33,753 nt of DNA from a virus. The stretch lies in UHGV virus genome UHGV-0114643. One strand, 5' to 3'. Of the stretch, positions 1-8,496 are shown piece by piece (positions within the stretch are counted from its first letter, which is position 1; each line of letters opens with the position of its first letter). Both the position numbers and the translations under genes were made by a program. Below the pieces are notes generated by a model. It was given only the letters and a program-made list of their open reading frames with translations. It did no database searches and was not told where the DNA came from.

Positions 1-43
1 ATGGGGTTTATAGTTAGATAAGATAAGCCCCAGATAAAGAGCT

Positions 44-75
44 TTACCAACAATCCTAAATTGGAGAATCTGAAA
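44..75 (+). promoter_or_regulatory. conserved early-gene leader element copy 1 (core TCCTAAATTGGAGAATC containing SD GGAGA)
   Basis: Same ~17-nt core recurs at 593-609, 801-817, 1390-1406 and 1719-1735, each ending 5-9 nt before an ATG. Confidence 0.55.
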
Positions 76-417
76 ATGGCCTATGTAACAATTATCACCG
101 ATAAAGAAAATTCGTCATGGTCTACCCAAGTTAACGACAAAATGACGCCTATGCAGTGTCTCAAGTACTTTGAGCAGTGGAACAGGGGAGAAGATGTAAG
201 CCCCTTTCAAGTGATGCAGATTGTACATGTTGACAATGAAGGGAATAAAACTACCCTTAACACTGAATACTATGCTACACGTTTCGAAACTCGCAAATCA
301 GCTATGCAGGAGTTAAGAGAAAAGGGATATAGTCACATTGCCGCGCTCATTTGGTCTGATTTGCTTAAAAAACAGTCATTAACCTATGTTAAACCAGAAA
401 AAATCTTTATAAGCTAA
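76..417 (+). CDS. hypothetical protein (113 aa); ATG at 76 preferred over the TTG at 61 used by the ORF track
   Basis: ORF in track; ATG placed 8 nt after GGAGA within the conserved leader. Confidence 0.5.
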   Translation: MAYVTIITDKENSSWSTQVNDKMTPMQCLKYFEQWNRGEDVSPFQVMQIVHVDNEGNKTTLNTEYYATRFETRKSAMQELREKGYSHIAALIWSDLLKKQSLTYVKPEKIFIS

Positions 418-589
418 TCAACAACTTATAAAAATCTTTTGAAAAACTATTGACAATGCCCCTTGACAAGTGTAACTTTGTTCGAGGGGGGTTTATCTAA
501 AAGGGATTAACTTAATAGATTCTTTATAGATAAGCGTAAAAAGTACTTGCAAAGGTCTAATCATATCTATATAGTATCTTCAAAAGGCA

Positions 590-614
590 ACTTCCTAAAC
601 TGGAGAATCACTAA
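590..614 (+). promoter_or_regulatory. conserved leader element copy 2 (TCCTAAACTGGAGAATC)
   Basis: Direct repeat of leader core, immediately upstream of ATG 615. Confidence 0.5.
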
Positions 615-755
615 ATGTTAGATATCATTAAAAACCCTATCCTTTGCGGTATGATTGTTTCTGTTGTGTTGCCATTAGCAATACTCATCATTGGTGAAAT
701 CTCAGATAAACTTTTTGATAAAAAACTACTTGCAATACAGAATCAAAACAAGTAA
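615..755 (+). CDS. small hydrophobic peptide, 46 aa (MLDIIKNPILCGMIVSVVLPLAILIIGEISDKLFDKKLLAIQNQNK), probable single-TM protein; absent from ORF track (too short)
   Basis: ATG preceded by the conserved leader/SD; uninterrupted frame to TAA at 753-755; hydrophobic core. Confidence 0.4.
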   Translation: MLDIIKNPILCGMIVSVVLPLAILIIGEISDKLFDKKLLAIQNQNK

Positions 756-768
756 AGTATTTATCAAC

Positions 769-820
769 GGGGAGGGAGACTTCCCCACTAAAACAAAATT
801 CCTAAACTGGAGAATCTAGA
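769..820 (+). promoter_or_regulatory. leader element copy 3: GC hairpin (GGGGA-N8-TCCCC, 769-786) plus TCCTAAACTGGAGAATC core
   Basis: Inverted repeat and repeated core read directly; precedes ATG 821. Confidence 0.55.
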
Positions 821-1348
821 ATGAATAAGTTCCAAGCAATTAATCATATCCGTTCCAATGCAGTAATGAGCAAGCCAGTAAAAGACACCTTCGAATTTCG
901 CTGTAATGACAAGTTGTTTGCAGTCATTACGAAAGGGGAAGATAAAAAGTATTATGTACATCGCCAAAACGTTAAGGCAGTAACAGCAGACAGCTTTATG
1001 GAAGCTGTTGCAACAATCCTACCGGATTTTATGGAACTGGTAGCCGAACTTTGTGAACACTGCATCAAGTCATCAAAGGCAGAATTAAACCGCTTTAAAA
1101 TGGCTTATGAGCGTTCTATCAAGTCTCATAACATGTATATCATGCCATTGGCTTTTGGTACTCAGGCAATGGGAACAGGTTGTCATCCTTGCCACCTTTA
1201 CGATGTAGAAAGCATTTACCTTAGTGAGACAAAAGATATTGATTTTAGTTTACAGTTGGGACAAGCATTAAACGATATGATTAAATTACACGAAAAATCC
1301 GTAAAAGATATGCAAAAAGAGCTTGACGAAATCATCGTAAATCTATAA
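821..1348 (+). CDS. hypothetical protein, 175 aa, Cys/His-rich (CEHC ... CHPCH), possible metal-binding
   Basis: ORF in track with leader/SD; Cys/His clusters read from translation. Confidence 0.55.
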   Translation: MNKFQAINHIRSNAVMSKPVKDTFEFRCNDKLFAVITKGEDKKYYVHRQNVKAVTADSFMEAVATILPDFMELVAELCEHCIKSSKAELNRFKMAYERSIKSHNMYIMPLAFGTQAMGTGCHPCHLYDVESIYLSETKDIDFSLQLGQALNDMIKLHEKSVKDMQKELDEIIVNL

Positions 1349-1361
1349 AGTACTTATCAAC

Positions 1362-1408
1362 GGGGAGGGAATGACCTTCCCCAACAATCCTAAACTGGAG
1401 ACTAGAAA
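1362..1408 (+). promoter_or_regulatory. leader element copy 4: hairpin (1362-1382) plus CCTAAACTGGAGACT core
   Basis: Repeat of hairpin and core upstream of ATG 1409. Confidence 0.55.
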
Positions 1409-1672
1409 ATGAATAATCAAGAAATCACTATCCTGTTACAAATTGGCACTGACAAAGAAGATATCCAACTTTGCAAACGTATTGAGAGTGATTGGTTCAA
1501 CGGTGAAATCATCGCAGAATCTTATGAAGTAGTTGGATTCATGAATGGTGAAGTTGTAAGCCATTTCGGTTTAACTAAATCTGAAGCCGTTGCAAAGTAT
1601 GACGTTTTATCTTGTGAGATTCTTACAAAATACAATGAAAAAAGACTTGCAACTTATGCAGCAATGAATTAA
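1409..1672 (+). CDS. hypothetical protein, 87 aa
   Basis: ORF in track preceded by leader/SD. Confidence 0.5.
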   Translation: MNNQEITILLQIGTDKEDIQLCKRIESDWFNGEIIAESYEVVGFMNGEVVSHFGLTKSEAVAKYDVLSCEILTKYNEKRLATYAAMN

Positions 1673-1685
1673 TATTACTTTCAAC

Positions 1686-1738
1686 GGGGAGGGAGACTTC
1701 CCCACTAACCTAAAATTCCTAAACTGGAGAATCTGAAA
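1686..1738 (+). promoter_or_regulatory. leader element copy 5: hairpin (1686-1703) plus TCCTAAACTGGAGAATC core
   Basis: Repeat of hairpin and core upstream of ATG 1739. Confidence 0.55.
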
Positions 1739-1990
1739 ATGGCTACTATCCACGCAACTGTTAACAATTTTGGCTTCCACGTATTAGATGTTAAATTCGA
1801 TATGGTTGGAACTGGTGATGTTTTTGATATGGTTGATATGTGTCTGAAAGCAACTATTCAGGATTATAATCAGTCTGAGTGGTTCTGGAAAGAAGTTAAA
1901 CAAGAAGTCTTAAAGGATGGCATATCCTCTTATTATTGGGGTGATTCTCTTATCACGCTTTACTATGAAGTTGATGGCTTCAATAACTAA
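1739..1990 (+). CDS. hypothetical protein, 83 aa
   Basis: ORF in track preceded by leader/SD. Confidence 0.5.
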   Translation: MATIHATVNNFGFHVLDVKFDMVGTGDVFDMVDMCLKATIQDYNQSEWFWKEVKQEVLKDGISSYYWGDSLITLYYEVDGFNN

Positions 1991-2030
1991 CAAGTCGCCG
2001 CAACGGGGCAAATAGCCCCAGACACCTTTA

Positions 2031-2055
2031 CAGCCCCTTAGATGGGGCTTTTTAC
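2031..2055 (+). terminator. rho-independent terminator (AGCCCC-TTAGAT-GGGGCT + TTTTT); a second GC hairpin lies at 2004-2018
   Basis: Inverted repeat followed by T-run, 40 nt after the stop of the last + strand small gene. Confidence 0.6.
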
Positions 2056-3560
2056 GTCTTCCTAGAATCTTACCAGACATTTAGAACAATAACTCTATAG
2101 CTTACTCTATATCCTCTTATCAAATCAACTTAAATATAAGCCCATAACCCGAAAGGGAAGGGCAATCCCTAAAACGCTCTATAACGCTCTATACGGGCTT
2201 ATCATCTCATCTTAAGCAATCATATTAACCACTTCTTAAAAGCCCTTTATAGAGCTTTCTAGAGCCTTAAAAGAATCTTATAAGGGTATAAGCTTTATTA
2301 TCTCGTTAGTATCTTGTGAATAGTTAAACAGGGGCTTGAAAGTTACTTAATAATGTGTTATGGAGACTAAAAAGAGCTTAAAAGTAACGTAAAAGTTAGC
2401 CCCCTTTACATTCTCTTAACAAAATCTTAACAAATGCAACATAGTTATGCTTATTAGAGACTTGTTAGCCCCTTGTTAAATCCTTGTTAGATGTATGTTA
2501 AAAGCTTGTTAGACACTTTGAAGTCCCTGTATAAGCCCCTAGAAAGCCCTATAAAGAGCTATACAGGTAGTTGGTGTGTAGTTACTAGGGAGAACCTTAG
2601 AAGAGGCTATACAGAGCTATATAGAGCTTTTAAGAGGGCTTTATAGAGAATCACTAAGAAGCATAGGGAACGATAAGAGAAGAGATAGTGACCATGTTAA
2701 TAGCTTGTTAAAAAGGTTAAACACTTGTTAGAGCCTTGTTAATTATCTTAACAAAATAACTCTTAAGATTTAACTATTTAGCAACTTATAAGCAACTTGT
2801 TAGATTCTTGTAAGTACTGTTAAACTCTTGTTACACCCTTGTTAGTTCTGTTAAGAAACTGTTAAGACCTTTGAAGAGATGTTAAGAGCTTGGGAGAGTT
2901 GTTAAGAGATTGTTAATGATATTTTAAGATTTTGCAAAGGGGATGTTACAGGGCTGTTAAGGGCTACCAAGCAGATATACACCCATGAGGTAGATTCTAC
3001 CGAATCCACTAGTAGATATTTTTCAGACTCTCCAAAGACCCTAAAAGTAACCTACCTAGTCTATTTTATAAAAATTTTATAGAACTGAATAACTATCTAT
3101 ACACTATCTTATATAAAACAGGAATTAACAGGCTTATAAGAGACCTTGTTAGTACCGTGTTAGACCTTGTAGGATAAGCCTTTACAGGGAATACCTGTTT
3201 AGTGTTATATAACAGTCTATATAGAGGCTTAGTAATACCTAGTGATTCTGCTATATAGGGTACTATCTTGGACATAGAGATTAAGATGGGTATAGGGGCT
3301 TCTAAGGGGCTAGAAAGAGGTTAGGAAGGTGATTGTATAGGGTTGATTAATGGTAGGCTTAGAAGGCTTTATAGAGGGCTATATAGAGAGCACTATTTAG
3401 AGACTAAGAGGCTATATAGATACTATATAATACTATATAGAGATGATGCTTAGAGAGGGTGTTTAGAAGGGTATAGATATTTTATCACATATCATGGTGA
3501 CCCAAGATGAACGGAGTGAATCCCAAATTTTATAAAAATATAAATTTCGTAAATTTTACT
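2056..3560. repeat. 1.5-kb non-coding repeat-dense region with two short-repeat families (TGTTAAG/CTTGTTAG and [G]CTATA[T/C]AGAG)
   Basis: No credible ORF on either strand; more than 20 copies of TGTTAA[G] in 2400-2960; TATAGAG-type copies in 2160-2660 and 3340-3460. Confidence 0.7.
2985..3008. repeat. 24-bp direct repeat copy 1 (ATGAGGTAGATTCTACCGAATCCA) containing the 13-bp palindrome GGTAGA-T-TCTACC
   Basis: Read directly; 22 of 24 identical to copy 2 at 3576-3599. Confidence 0.7.
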
Positions 3561-3611
3561 CAATAAAAAGCCCCTATGAGATAGATTCTATCGAATCCAT
3601 TTTAAGGGGCT
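3561..3611 (-). terminator. candidate intrinsic terminator for the - strand operon (AGCCCCT ... AGGGGCT stem, then T-run on the - strand)
   Basis: 7-bp inverted repeat around a 29-nt loop, followed on the - strand by TTTTTATT, 9 nt after the stop of the last - strand gene. Confidence 0.4.
3576..3599. repeat. 24-bp direct repeat copy 2 (ATGAGATAGATTCTATCGAATCCA) containing the palindrome GATAGA-T-TCTATC
   Basis: Read directly; its two differences from copy 1 are compensatory within the palindrome. Confidence 0.7.
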
Positions 3612-3619
3612 GTATAGTT

Positions 3620-4285
3620 TTACATCACTTCACTAAGCATAGTTTGCAATGAAGTTTTAGAAGTCTGGAAGAAGTGTGTGAACCCATTATGACGTTCTCT
3701 TACCTGAATCATTATCTGGTCACCCTTAATTGGGTGTGAACTAATATGGTATTCATTCATGTTCAGTACAGCACCCAAACCATCTATAATGTGTCTGAGT
3801 ATGTCATATTCAACAAATTCTTCTTTACCTGTGACCTTGATACAAACACCTTTGTTGGTTCTCTTAGGGTTTATATCTTCCATAACCAGCATTTGTTGTC
3901 CACCAAGAGAAATCATAGAGAACTCTTTACGGTTCTGCTGCTTAACATACATCTCAAGTTTCTTCAAAGTATCTTCATAGAACGGATAAGACTTCTTGAC
4001 AAAGACACCTTCAAGTGGCTCTTTACCTGAGTCTTCTCGTTCCATCTTAAGTCGATTAACAAGTAATTCTAAAGACCACTTCTCACTTTCATCAAGATAT
4101 GTATTGATATCATCTAGACTCAGTACCAGATACCTTCTTTCAAGTTCAAACTTTTTCATCTCTATCAAATCCTTAAAGCATTTCTTAGTAATTGCTTCCC
4201 ATTCTTCGGAGTTCTTTCTCTTCCTCTTCAGATGGGGAACCATATCTGTTAAGTTCTTCCAACTCTTCTTCAGTAGGTGTCCCAT
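3620..4285 (-). CDS. hypothetical protein (~221 aa); start uncertain (ATG 4285 or GTG 4291)
   Basis: ORF in track; position 4291 is GTG; ATGA-type overlap with upstream gene. Confidence 0.5.
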   Translation of the reverse strand: MGHLLKKSWKNLTDMVPHLKRKRKNSEEWEAITKKCFKDLIEMKKFELERRYLVLSLDDINTYLDESEKWSLELLVNRLKMEREDSGKEPLEGVFVKKSYPFYEDTLKKLEMYVKQQNRKEFSMISLGGQQMLVMEDINPKRTNKGVCIKVTGKEEFVEYDILRHIIDGLGAVLNMNEYHISSHPIKGDQIMIQVRERHNGFTHFFQTSKTSLQTMLSEVM

Positions 4286-4287
4286 AA

Positions 4288-4752
4288 TCACATTTCAAGT
4301 TTATAATCCATCGTTTTACCATAGCCCACAATGAAGCCTTCATACGTAATCAACCAATTACCTAGACATGAGAAGACAGAGTTCACTTCAGCTTCAACCA
4401 TAGCACCTTCAAACCCACAGTTTGGTACTTCCCTGTCTACCCTGATAGTTGCTACGACGAACCCCGTCTTAACATCTTTAACAAGGTACATTGTGTTTGT
4501 TTTAATGATGCTTTCGTGTTCTTGTTCACGTAAATCATGTGGTGCTAACAAGTCTTTATCGGCTTGTAAGTTGGACTCTGAAAAAGCTGCATGAACCATG
4601 TAAGCTTCTGAACACTCCCAGATAAAGCTATGTAGAAGAACCTTTGCAGCATGTCTTGAACAACCAAATTCTGCAACGATATCTTTGTACATATCATCTT
4701 TAGTTCCATTGTTAAGTAGAGCTTTACGTACTACCTCTTTAACACTCTTCAT
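4288..4752 (-). CDS. hypothetical protein (~154 aa); start moved to the ATG with an AGGA 8 nt upstream
   Basis: ORF in track; track start overlapped the upstream gene by 65 nt. Confidence 0.5.
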   Translation of the reverse strand: MKSVKEVVRKALLNNGTKDDMYKDIVAEFGCSRHAAKVLLHSFIWECSEAYMVHAAFSESNLQADKDLLAPHDLREQEHESIIKTNTMYLVKDVKTGFVVATIRVDREVPNCGFEGAMVEAEVNSVFSCLGNWLITYEGFIVGYGKTMDYKLEM

Positions 4753-5035
4753 CGTTCCAATCCTCATCTCTCTCAATTTGAAACTCTTCAGGTAACTCTG
4801 CAACTGCTTTCAAGTAATAAGCCTCTTGGATGCTGCAAAGGTCTTCATAACCACCATTCATAAGCCAGTTGTAACCAGCAGGTACACCATTATCATCGCA
4901 GAACCCTGTGTAGAACATCGCTTTATGAATCATGTTAAGTGGCTTGTAAGCAACTTCAACGATATAGAAAGTGTTATCTTTCCAGCCACCCTTTGGAGGA
5001 TGGATACCTTTAACGCCTCTGGATTGTGGAGTCAT
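4739..5035 (-). CDS. hypothetical protein, 98 aa
   Basis: ORF in track; ATG with AGAGGA 6 nt upstream. Confidence 0.55.
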   Translation of the reverse strand: MTPQSRGVKGIHPPKGGWKDNTFYIVEVAYKPLNMIHKAMFYTGFCDDNGVPAGYNWLMNGGYEDLCSIQEAYYLKAVAELPEEFQIERDEDWNDEEC

Positions 5036-5076
5036 AGCTTTTCCTCTAAACAGGGGCTTTTACACCCCTTGACAGA

Positions 5077-5286
5077 TTACTCTTCAGCAGATTCTTTATC
5101 TTTCTTTGAAGAAGTCTTTTTATCTTTCTTCTTAGTCTCAGTTGCTGCAATAGCAATGTCAACAAGCTGTGCTAAGTCAGATTTAATCACTGTTACTGGT
5201 TGTTCGTTGTAGAAACCTTTCTCAAGGTACTCTTTGAACTCTTCCAGAGTGTTAAAGCCAAAAGGATTGACAGGTGTTCTAATCAT
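5077..5286 (-). CDS. hypothetical protein, 69 aa, lysine-rich acidic C-terminus
   Basis: ORF in track; ATG with GGAGG upstream. Confidence 0.5.
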   Translation of the reverse strand: MIRTPVNPFGFNTLEEFKEYLEKGFYNEQPVTVIKSDLAQLVDIAIAATETKKKDKKTSSKKDKESAEE

Positions 5287-5356
5287 TTACCCTCCGAGAT
5301 ATCTTTTAAGATTTTCTGGTTAATCATTTCCGCAATAGCATAGCGGATACAAACTA

Positions 5357-5863
5357 CTAAAATTTTAGGTTGCATTCTTTACTTACCTCTTCAAACTTAC
5401 TCTCAAACTCTACAATCTTCTTCTTGTAAGTTGTCATTCTCAAACATGAGAGGATGATACCAACTATTGGAATCACATACAAGAACCAAATCTCAGAAAT
5501 TTTCTTCTCAGCTTGGTTAAACGTTAAATCCTGCATGTACATGCCACCGAAGGAGATTACACAAATCATAGCAAGGAATACAGATAACATGATTGCTATT
5601 CCTGCCCACCCTCTGGTATTATGTTCAGCATTTCTACGCTTATTTTCAAGATTGATAAGCTCGTTGTAGTCTGCTGAGAAGTCTCTGTAGAAAGCTTTCA
5701 AGTACTCTCTGCTGTAACCTTCAAAACATCCTGTACCAAACCAATTTTCACCTCCAAAGTGTGAAATAGTTCCTTCTTCACCGTTTGCTTTCACAATCTT
5801 GAAAGATACATGGTGTCTTGACTTCTCATAAGAAATCTGGTCTCTTGAATCTTCATAAATCAT
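5357..5863 (-). CDS. membrane protein, 168 aa: soluble N-terminal domain plus two predicted TM helices
   Basis: Hydrophobic stretches WAGIAIMLSVFLAMICVISFGG and IWFLYVIPIVGIILSCL in translation. Confidence 0.55.
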   Translation of the reverse strand: MIYEDSRDQISYEKSRHHVSFKIVKANGEEGTISHFGGENWFGTGCFEGYSREYLKAFYRDFSADYNELINLENKRRNAEHNTRGWAGIAIMLSVFLAMICVISFGGMYMQDLTFNQAEKKISEIWFLYVIPIVGIILSCLRMTTYKKKIVEFESKFEEVSKECNLKF

Positions 5864-6078
5864 TGTTCAATCCTCTTTAATCGTGCATTCCACTCTCTGT
5901 CAATCATTCTCTGGAATGTCTTACCTCTTGGAGTAACATTCTTAAGTGACTCTTCAGTACATACCAGAATATCACCTCTGGCAAACTTGCCATAGCACTG
6001 TTTAGTCTTCTTAGCTCGTCTGTACTGCTCAGAAACAGAGAGCTTCCAGTATTCACCTAGAGTTGTAAACTTTTTCAT
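5860..6078 (-). CDS. hypothetical protein, 72 aa
   Basis: ORF in track; ATGA overlaps with both neighbours. Confidence 0.5.
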   Translation of the reverse strand: MKKFTTLGEYWKLSVSEQYRRAKKTKQCYGKFARGDILVCTEESLKNVTPRGKTFQRMIDREWNARLKRIEQ

Positions 6079-6815
6079 TCTTTCACCATTGCATTGTAGA
6101 ATTGCCTTTGAATCTCTTCAGCAATCTGATAAGGTGTTAAACCAGCTTTTAACATCATCCTTACTGTGTACTCAATGTCATTCTTATTAACCACATGGTC
6201 TGTGACACTGATTGCTTCTTTTAACTCTTCAGCTTTCTTTTTAGCATCTTCACAAGCATTGGTCAACATGGAGTCAAATTTCTTTTGTGGTGTAGTCCAA
6301 GCATGGCTATGTGGATTCGCATCACAGAAATACTTGAAGTAATCTCTGACATTATCTACGACCAGAGTTTGATGACCGTTTTCTTTAGTTTGATATCTAG
6401 ACTCTTGCTCAGGTACATCTGTGAGTCTGTGTGTAGGAGCCTCAATAGTAACATCAATCGTTCTAACCTTTGGAGTTACCTCTTTCTTCAGAGTCGGAGT
6501 TGCCTCAAAAGTTGCCTTTTCAGACTCTTCATCTTTAATAATTCCAGTATCTGCCAAAGCAATACCAAGAAGGTCTTTAAAGCTTCCTGTGAATACCAGA
6601 TTTTCTATATCAGCAGTCGAATAAACCTTACCAGCCCACAAATGCCCTTCTGCAAGGTTTTGAGAATCTGGGTACAACTTGAAGTGTATATTTTTCAAAG
6701 GTCTGAAGTACACCACACCACTATCAGAGACATGTGTGACAGTAGCTGCAACTCTACGCAATGGGTTTTCCTTGACATATATAAAAATTGTATCTGATTC
6801 ATTAACTTTGTTCAT
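6075..6815 (-). CDS. hypothetical protein, 246 aa
   Basis: ORF in track; ATG with GGAGA 6 nt upstream. Confidence 0.55.
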   Translation of the reverse strand: MNKVNESDTIFIYVKENPLRRVAATVTHVSDSGVVYFRPLKNIHFKLYPDSQNLAEGHLWAGKVYSTADIENLVFTGSFKDLLGIALADTGIIKDEESEKATFEATPTLKKEVTPKVRTIDVTIEAPTHRLTDVPEQESRYQTKENGHQTLVVDNVRDYFKYFCDANPHSHAWTTPQKKFDSMLTNACEDAKKKAEELKEAISVTDHVVNKNDIEYTVRMMLKAGLTPYQIAEEIQRQFYNAMVKE

Positions 6816-6826
6816 TTTATCTCTCC

Positions 6827-6859
6827 AATAAAAAAGGGAACCACCTTTCGATAGCTCCC
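6827..6859 (-). terminator. intrinsic terminator on - strand (GGGAGC-N12-GUUCCC with G-U pair, then UUUUUUAUU)
   Basis: Inverted repeat 6836-6859 and A-run 6827-6835 on + strand, in the 70-nt gap between two - strand genes. Confidence 0.5.
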
Positions 6860-6885
6860 ATCATACAAAATTCTAGATATTACTG

Positions 6886-7479
6886 TCAAGTATATTTTCT
6901 AGGCAGTAACTTACTTTTTCTGCTTCGAACATCTTCAAGGATAGCTATGAAGTCATCAGAAGCACCCTTCCAAGGGCTGAAGTTTGGGATATGCTGACGA
7001 ATAGCTTCAATAATCGTCTTCATACCTGTGTTCTTCATCCACCAATCTGAGCTTGAAGCAGTCATAACAAAGAACTGCTCATCATCTGTTAAGATGACCT
7101 CTTTAGTGAATGGAGAAGTGTACGTAGTGATAATAGAACCACCATTCATATAATATGTACGCTTGTGAACTTTATCAAGCATATCATGCAGGTCACCAAA
7201 CAGTTTCACAACCTCTTGGTGGTTAATGTCTTTCTCAAGGTCTAAACGGTACTTCAGAAGTGCTTCATCAACTTCTTTAGATGAGAACTTAAAGTACTGC
7301 ACATCTTCAATGATACATGCAGAGATGTTGTTCACATCCATAGTCAATTTGACAACTTTTGCTGGTGAGTTAATGTTTGGCTGGAACGCAGCAAGCACAC
7401 CCTGAACATTACCGTAGTGTTGAACTAATGCAACTTGTGGAGAATCAACTCCACCATTTTCTTTAATGTTTACACTCAT
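6886..7479 (-). CDS. hypothetical protein, 197 aa
   Basis: ORF in track; ATG with GAGGAA upstream. Confidence 0.55.
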   Translation of the reverse strand: MSVNIKENGGVDSPQVALVQHYGNVQGVLAAFQPNINSPAKVVKLTMDVNNISACIIEDVQYFKFSSKEVDEALLKYRLDLEKDINHQEVVKLFGDLHDMLDKVHKRTYYMNGGSIITTYTSPFTKEVILTDDEQFFVMTASSSDWWMKNTGMKTIIEAIRQHIPNFSPWKGASDDFIAILEDVRSRKSKLLPRKYT

Positions 7480-7480
7480 A

Positions 7481-7825
7481 CTATAACTTCCTCACTAAAT
7501 ACTTTTTAAGTGGTGTCTTCGGTTTTTCAAAGACCTCAATAGAATCTATTTTAATACCCTCACCACGCATACCTGTGGATTGGTAGATGTAGAACTCAAG
7601 CATCCCTATATTTTTAGCTGGCATATCATGCTTAACAAAGATGGTCACTGAATCTTCACTTTTAAAGATTACTGTACCATCTTTATACACAAGCTTATCA
7701 GGTTGTTTATAGTCAAGCATATCAAACATCAGAAATAGTCTTTGCTGACATTTGTCCAGCCTTGATGACAGGGCTTCTTGTATATCTGCAAAATTCTTAT
7801 AAACAACGATGTGGAGCTTAAGCAT
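7481..7825 (-). CDS. hypothetical protein (~114 aa); start moved to internal ATG (MLKLH...)
   Basis: Track start overlapped the upstream gene by 100 nt; the internal ATG overlaps the upstream stop by 8 nt. Confidence 0.5.
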   Translation of the reverse strand: MLKLHIVVYKNFADIQEALSSRLDKCQQRLFLMFDMLDYKQPDKLVYKDGTVIFKSEDSVTIFVKHDMPAKNIGMLEFYIYQSTGMRGEGIKIDSIEVFEKPKTPLKKYLVRKL

Positions 7826-8111
7826 CTGTGTATTCTCTGACGAAGAAGTAGTTGATTTTGTTATCAGATACCATAAGGTCATAGCAAGTAATCTCGAACT
7901 TACTCTTTTCAGCATCATAGCTAGTGTATGGCTCAGAAACTTGCTTTGTTGACACTTTTGGGTTATTAGGGTTTAAAAGGCCACCATAAAGTTTCTTAAT
8001 GGCCTTTGTCACCACACTCCAGATAACATCATCAGTGAGTTCTTCGTACAGGTCAAACTCAGCTTCATAGCTGAAGTCATTAATTGGAAAGATAACCTGT
8101 ACTTTACTCAT
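7818..8111 (-). CDS. hypothetical protein, 97 aa
   Basis: ORF in track; start 1 nt after upstream stop. Confidence 0.5.
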   Translation of the reverse strand: MSKVQVIFPINDFSYEAEFDLYEELTDDVIWSVVTKAIKKLYGGLLNPNNPKVSTKQVSEPYTSYDAEKSKFEITCYDLMVSDNKINYFFVREYTDA

Positions 8112-8112
8112 A

Positions 8113-8496
8113 TCAAAGTACCTGTGTAACTTGCAACGCTTCTGTTACGGAGATATCACCTACTTTTTCTTCTTTGATGAAGGTGAAAGTTAGAAGAGTT
8201 GGTTCTGAAACCTCATCTTCCAGAGGTACACCATTCAGTTCATCAAAGATAGCCTGTGTAGTCCAATCTTCCTGACCATCTGGGTAGTGGTAAGCGTATA
8301 ACGGGAAATCAACACCATACCAACCGAAAACAGGACAGCCATCTTCATCATCACGAACACGGCGAAGCTCATTATCAGCCTTTGTAAAATGAAGGAAAAG
8401 CTCCCCATCACGTTCATAGATGGAAGCGTCAACTAATTCCAAATCTTGCACACCATGACGCGAAGTGTCAACTTTGACTTGAATCTCTTTATTCAT
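8113..8496 (-). CDS. hypothetical protein (~127 aa); start moved to ATG (MNKEIQ) with GAGAGAGG upstream
   Basis: ORF in track; RBS placement. Confidence 0.5.
   Translation of the reverse strand: MNKEIQVKVDTSRHGVQDLELVDASIYERDGELFLHFTKADNELRRVRDDEDGCPVFGWYGVDFPLYAYHYPDGQEDWTTQAIFDELNGVPLEDEVSEPTLLTFTFIKEEKVGDISVTEALQVTQVL

Noticed and set aside
61-417. TTG/GTG starts proposed by the ORF track for several genes (61, 9408, 19703, 4291, 17363, 18297)
   Set aside because: In each case an in-frame ATG with a properly spaced Shine-Dalgarno lies a few codons downstream, and the longer form would overlap a tRNA or the upstream gene.
3093-3275. 60-aa ORF on the - strand inside the non-coding repeat region
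   Set aside because: No RBS, lies among tandem repeats, and its composition simply reflects the repeats.
2056-3560. Possible CRISPR array in the repeat-dense region
   Set aside because: Repeat units are only 7-12 bp, degenerate and irregularly spaced; there are no 25-40-nt unique spacers between constant repeats.
5036-5076. Terminator between - strand genes (AGGGG-N8-CCCCT)
   Set aside because: Stem is only 4-5 bp and the downstream U-run on the - strand is weak (GUUUAG).
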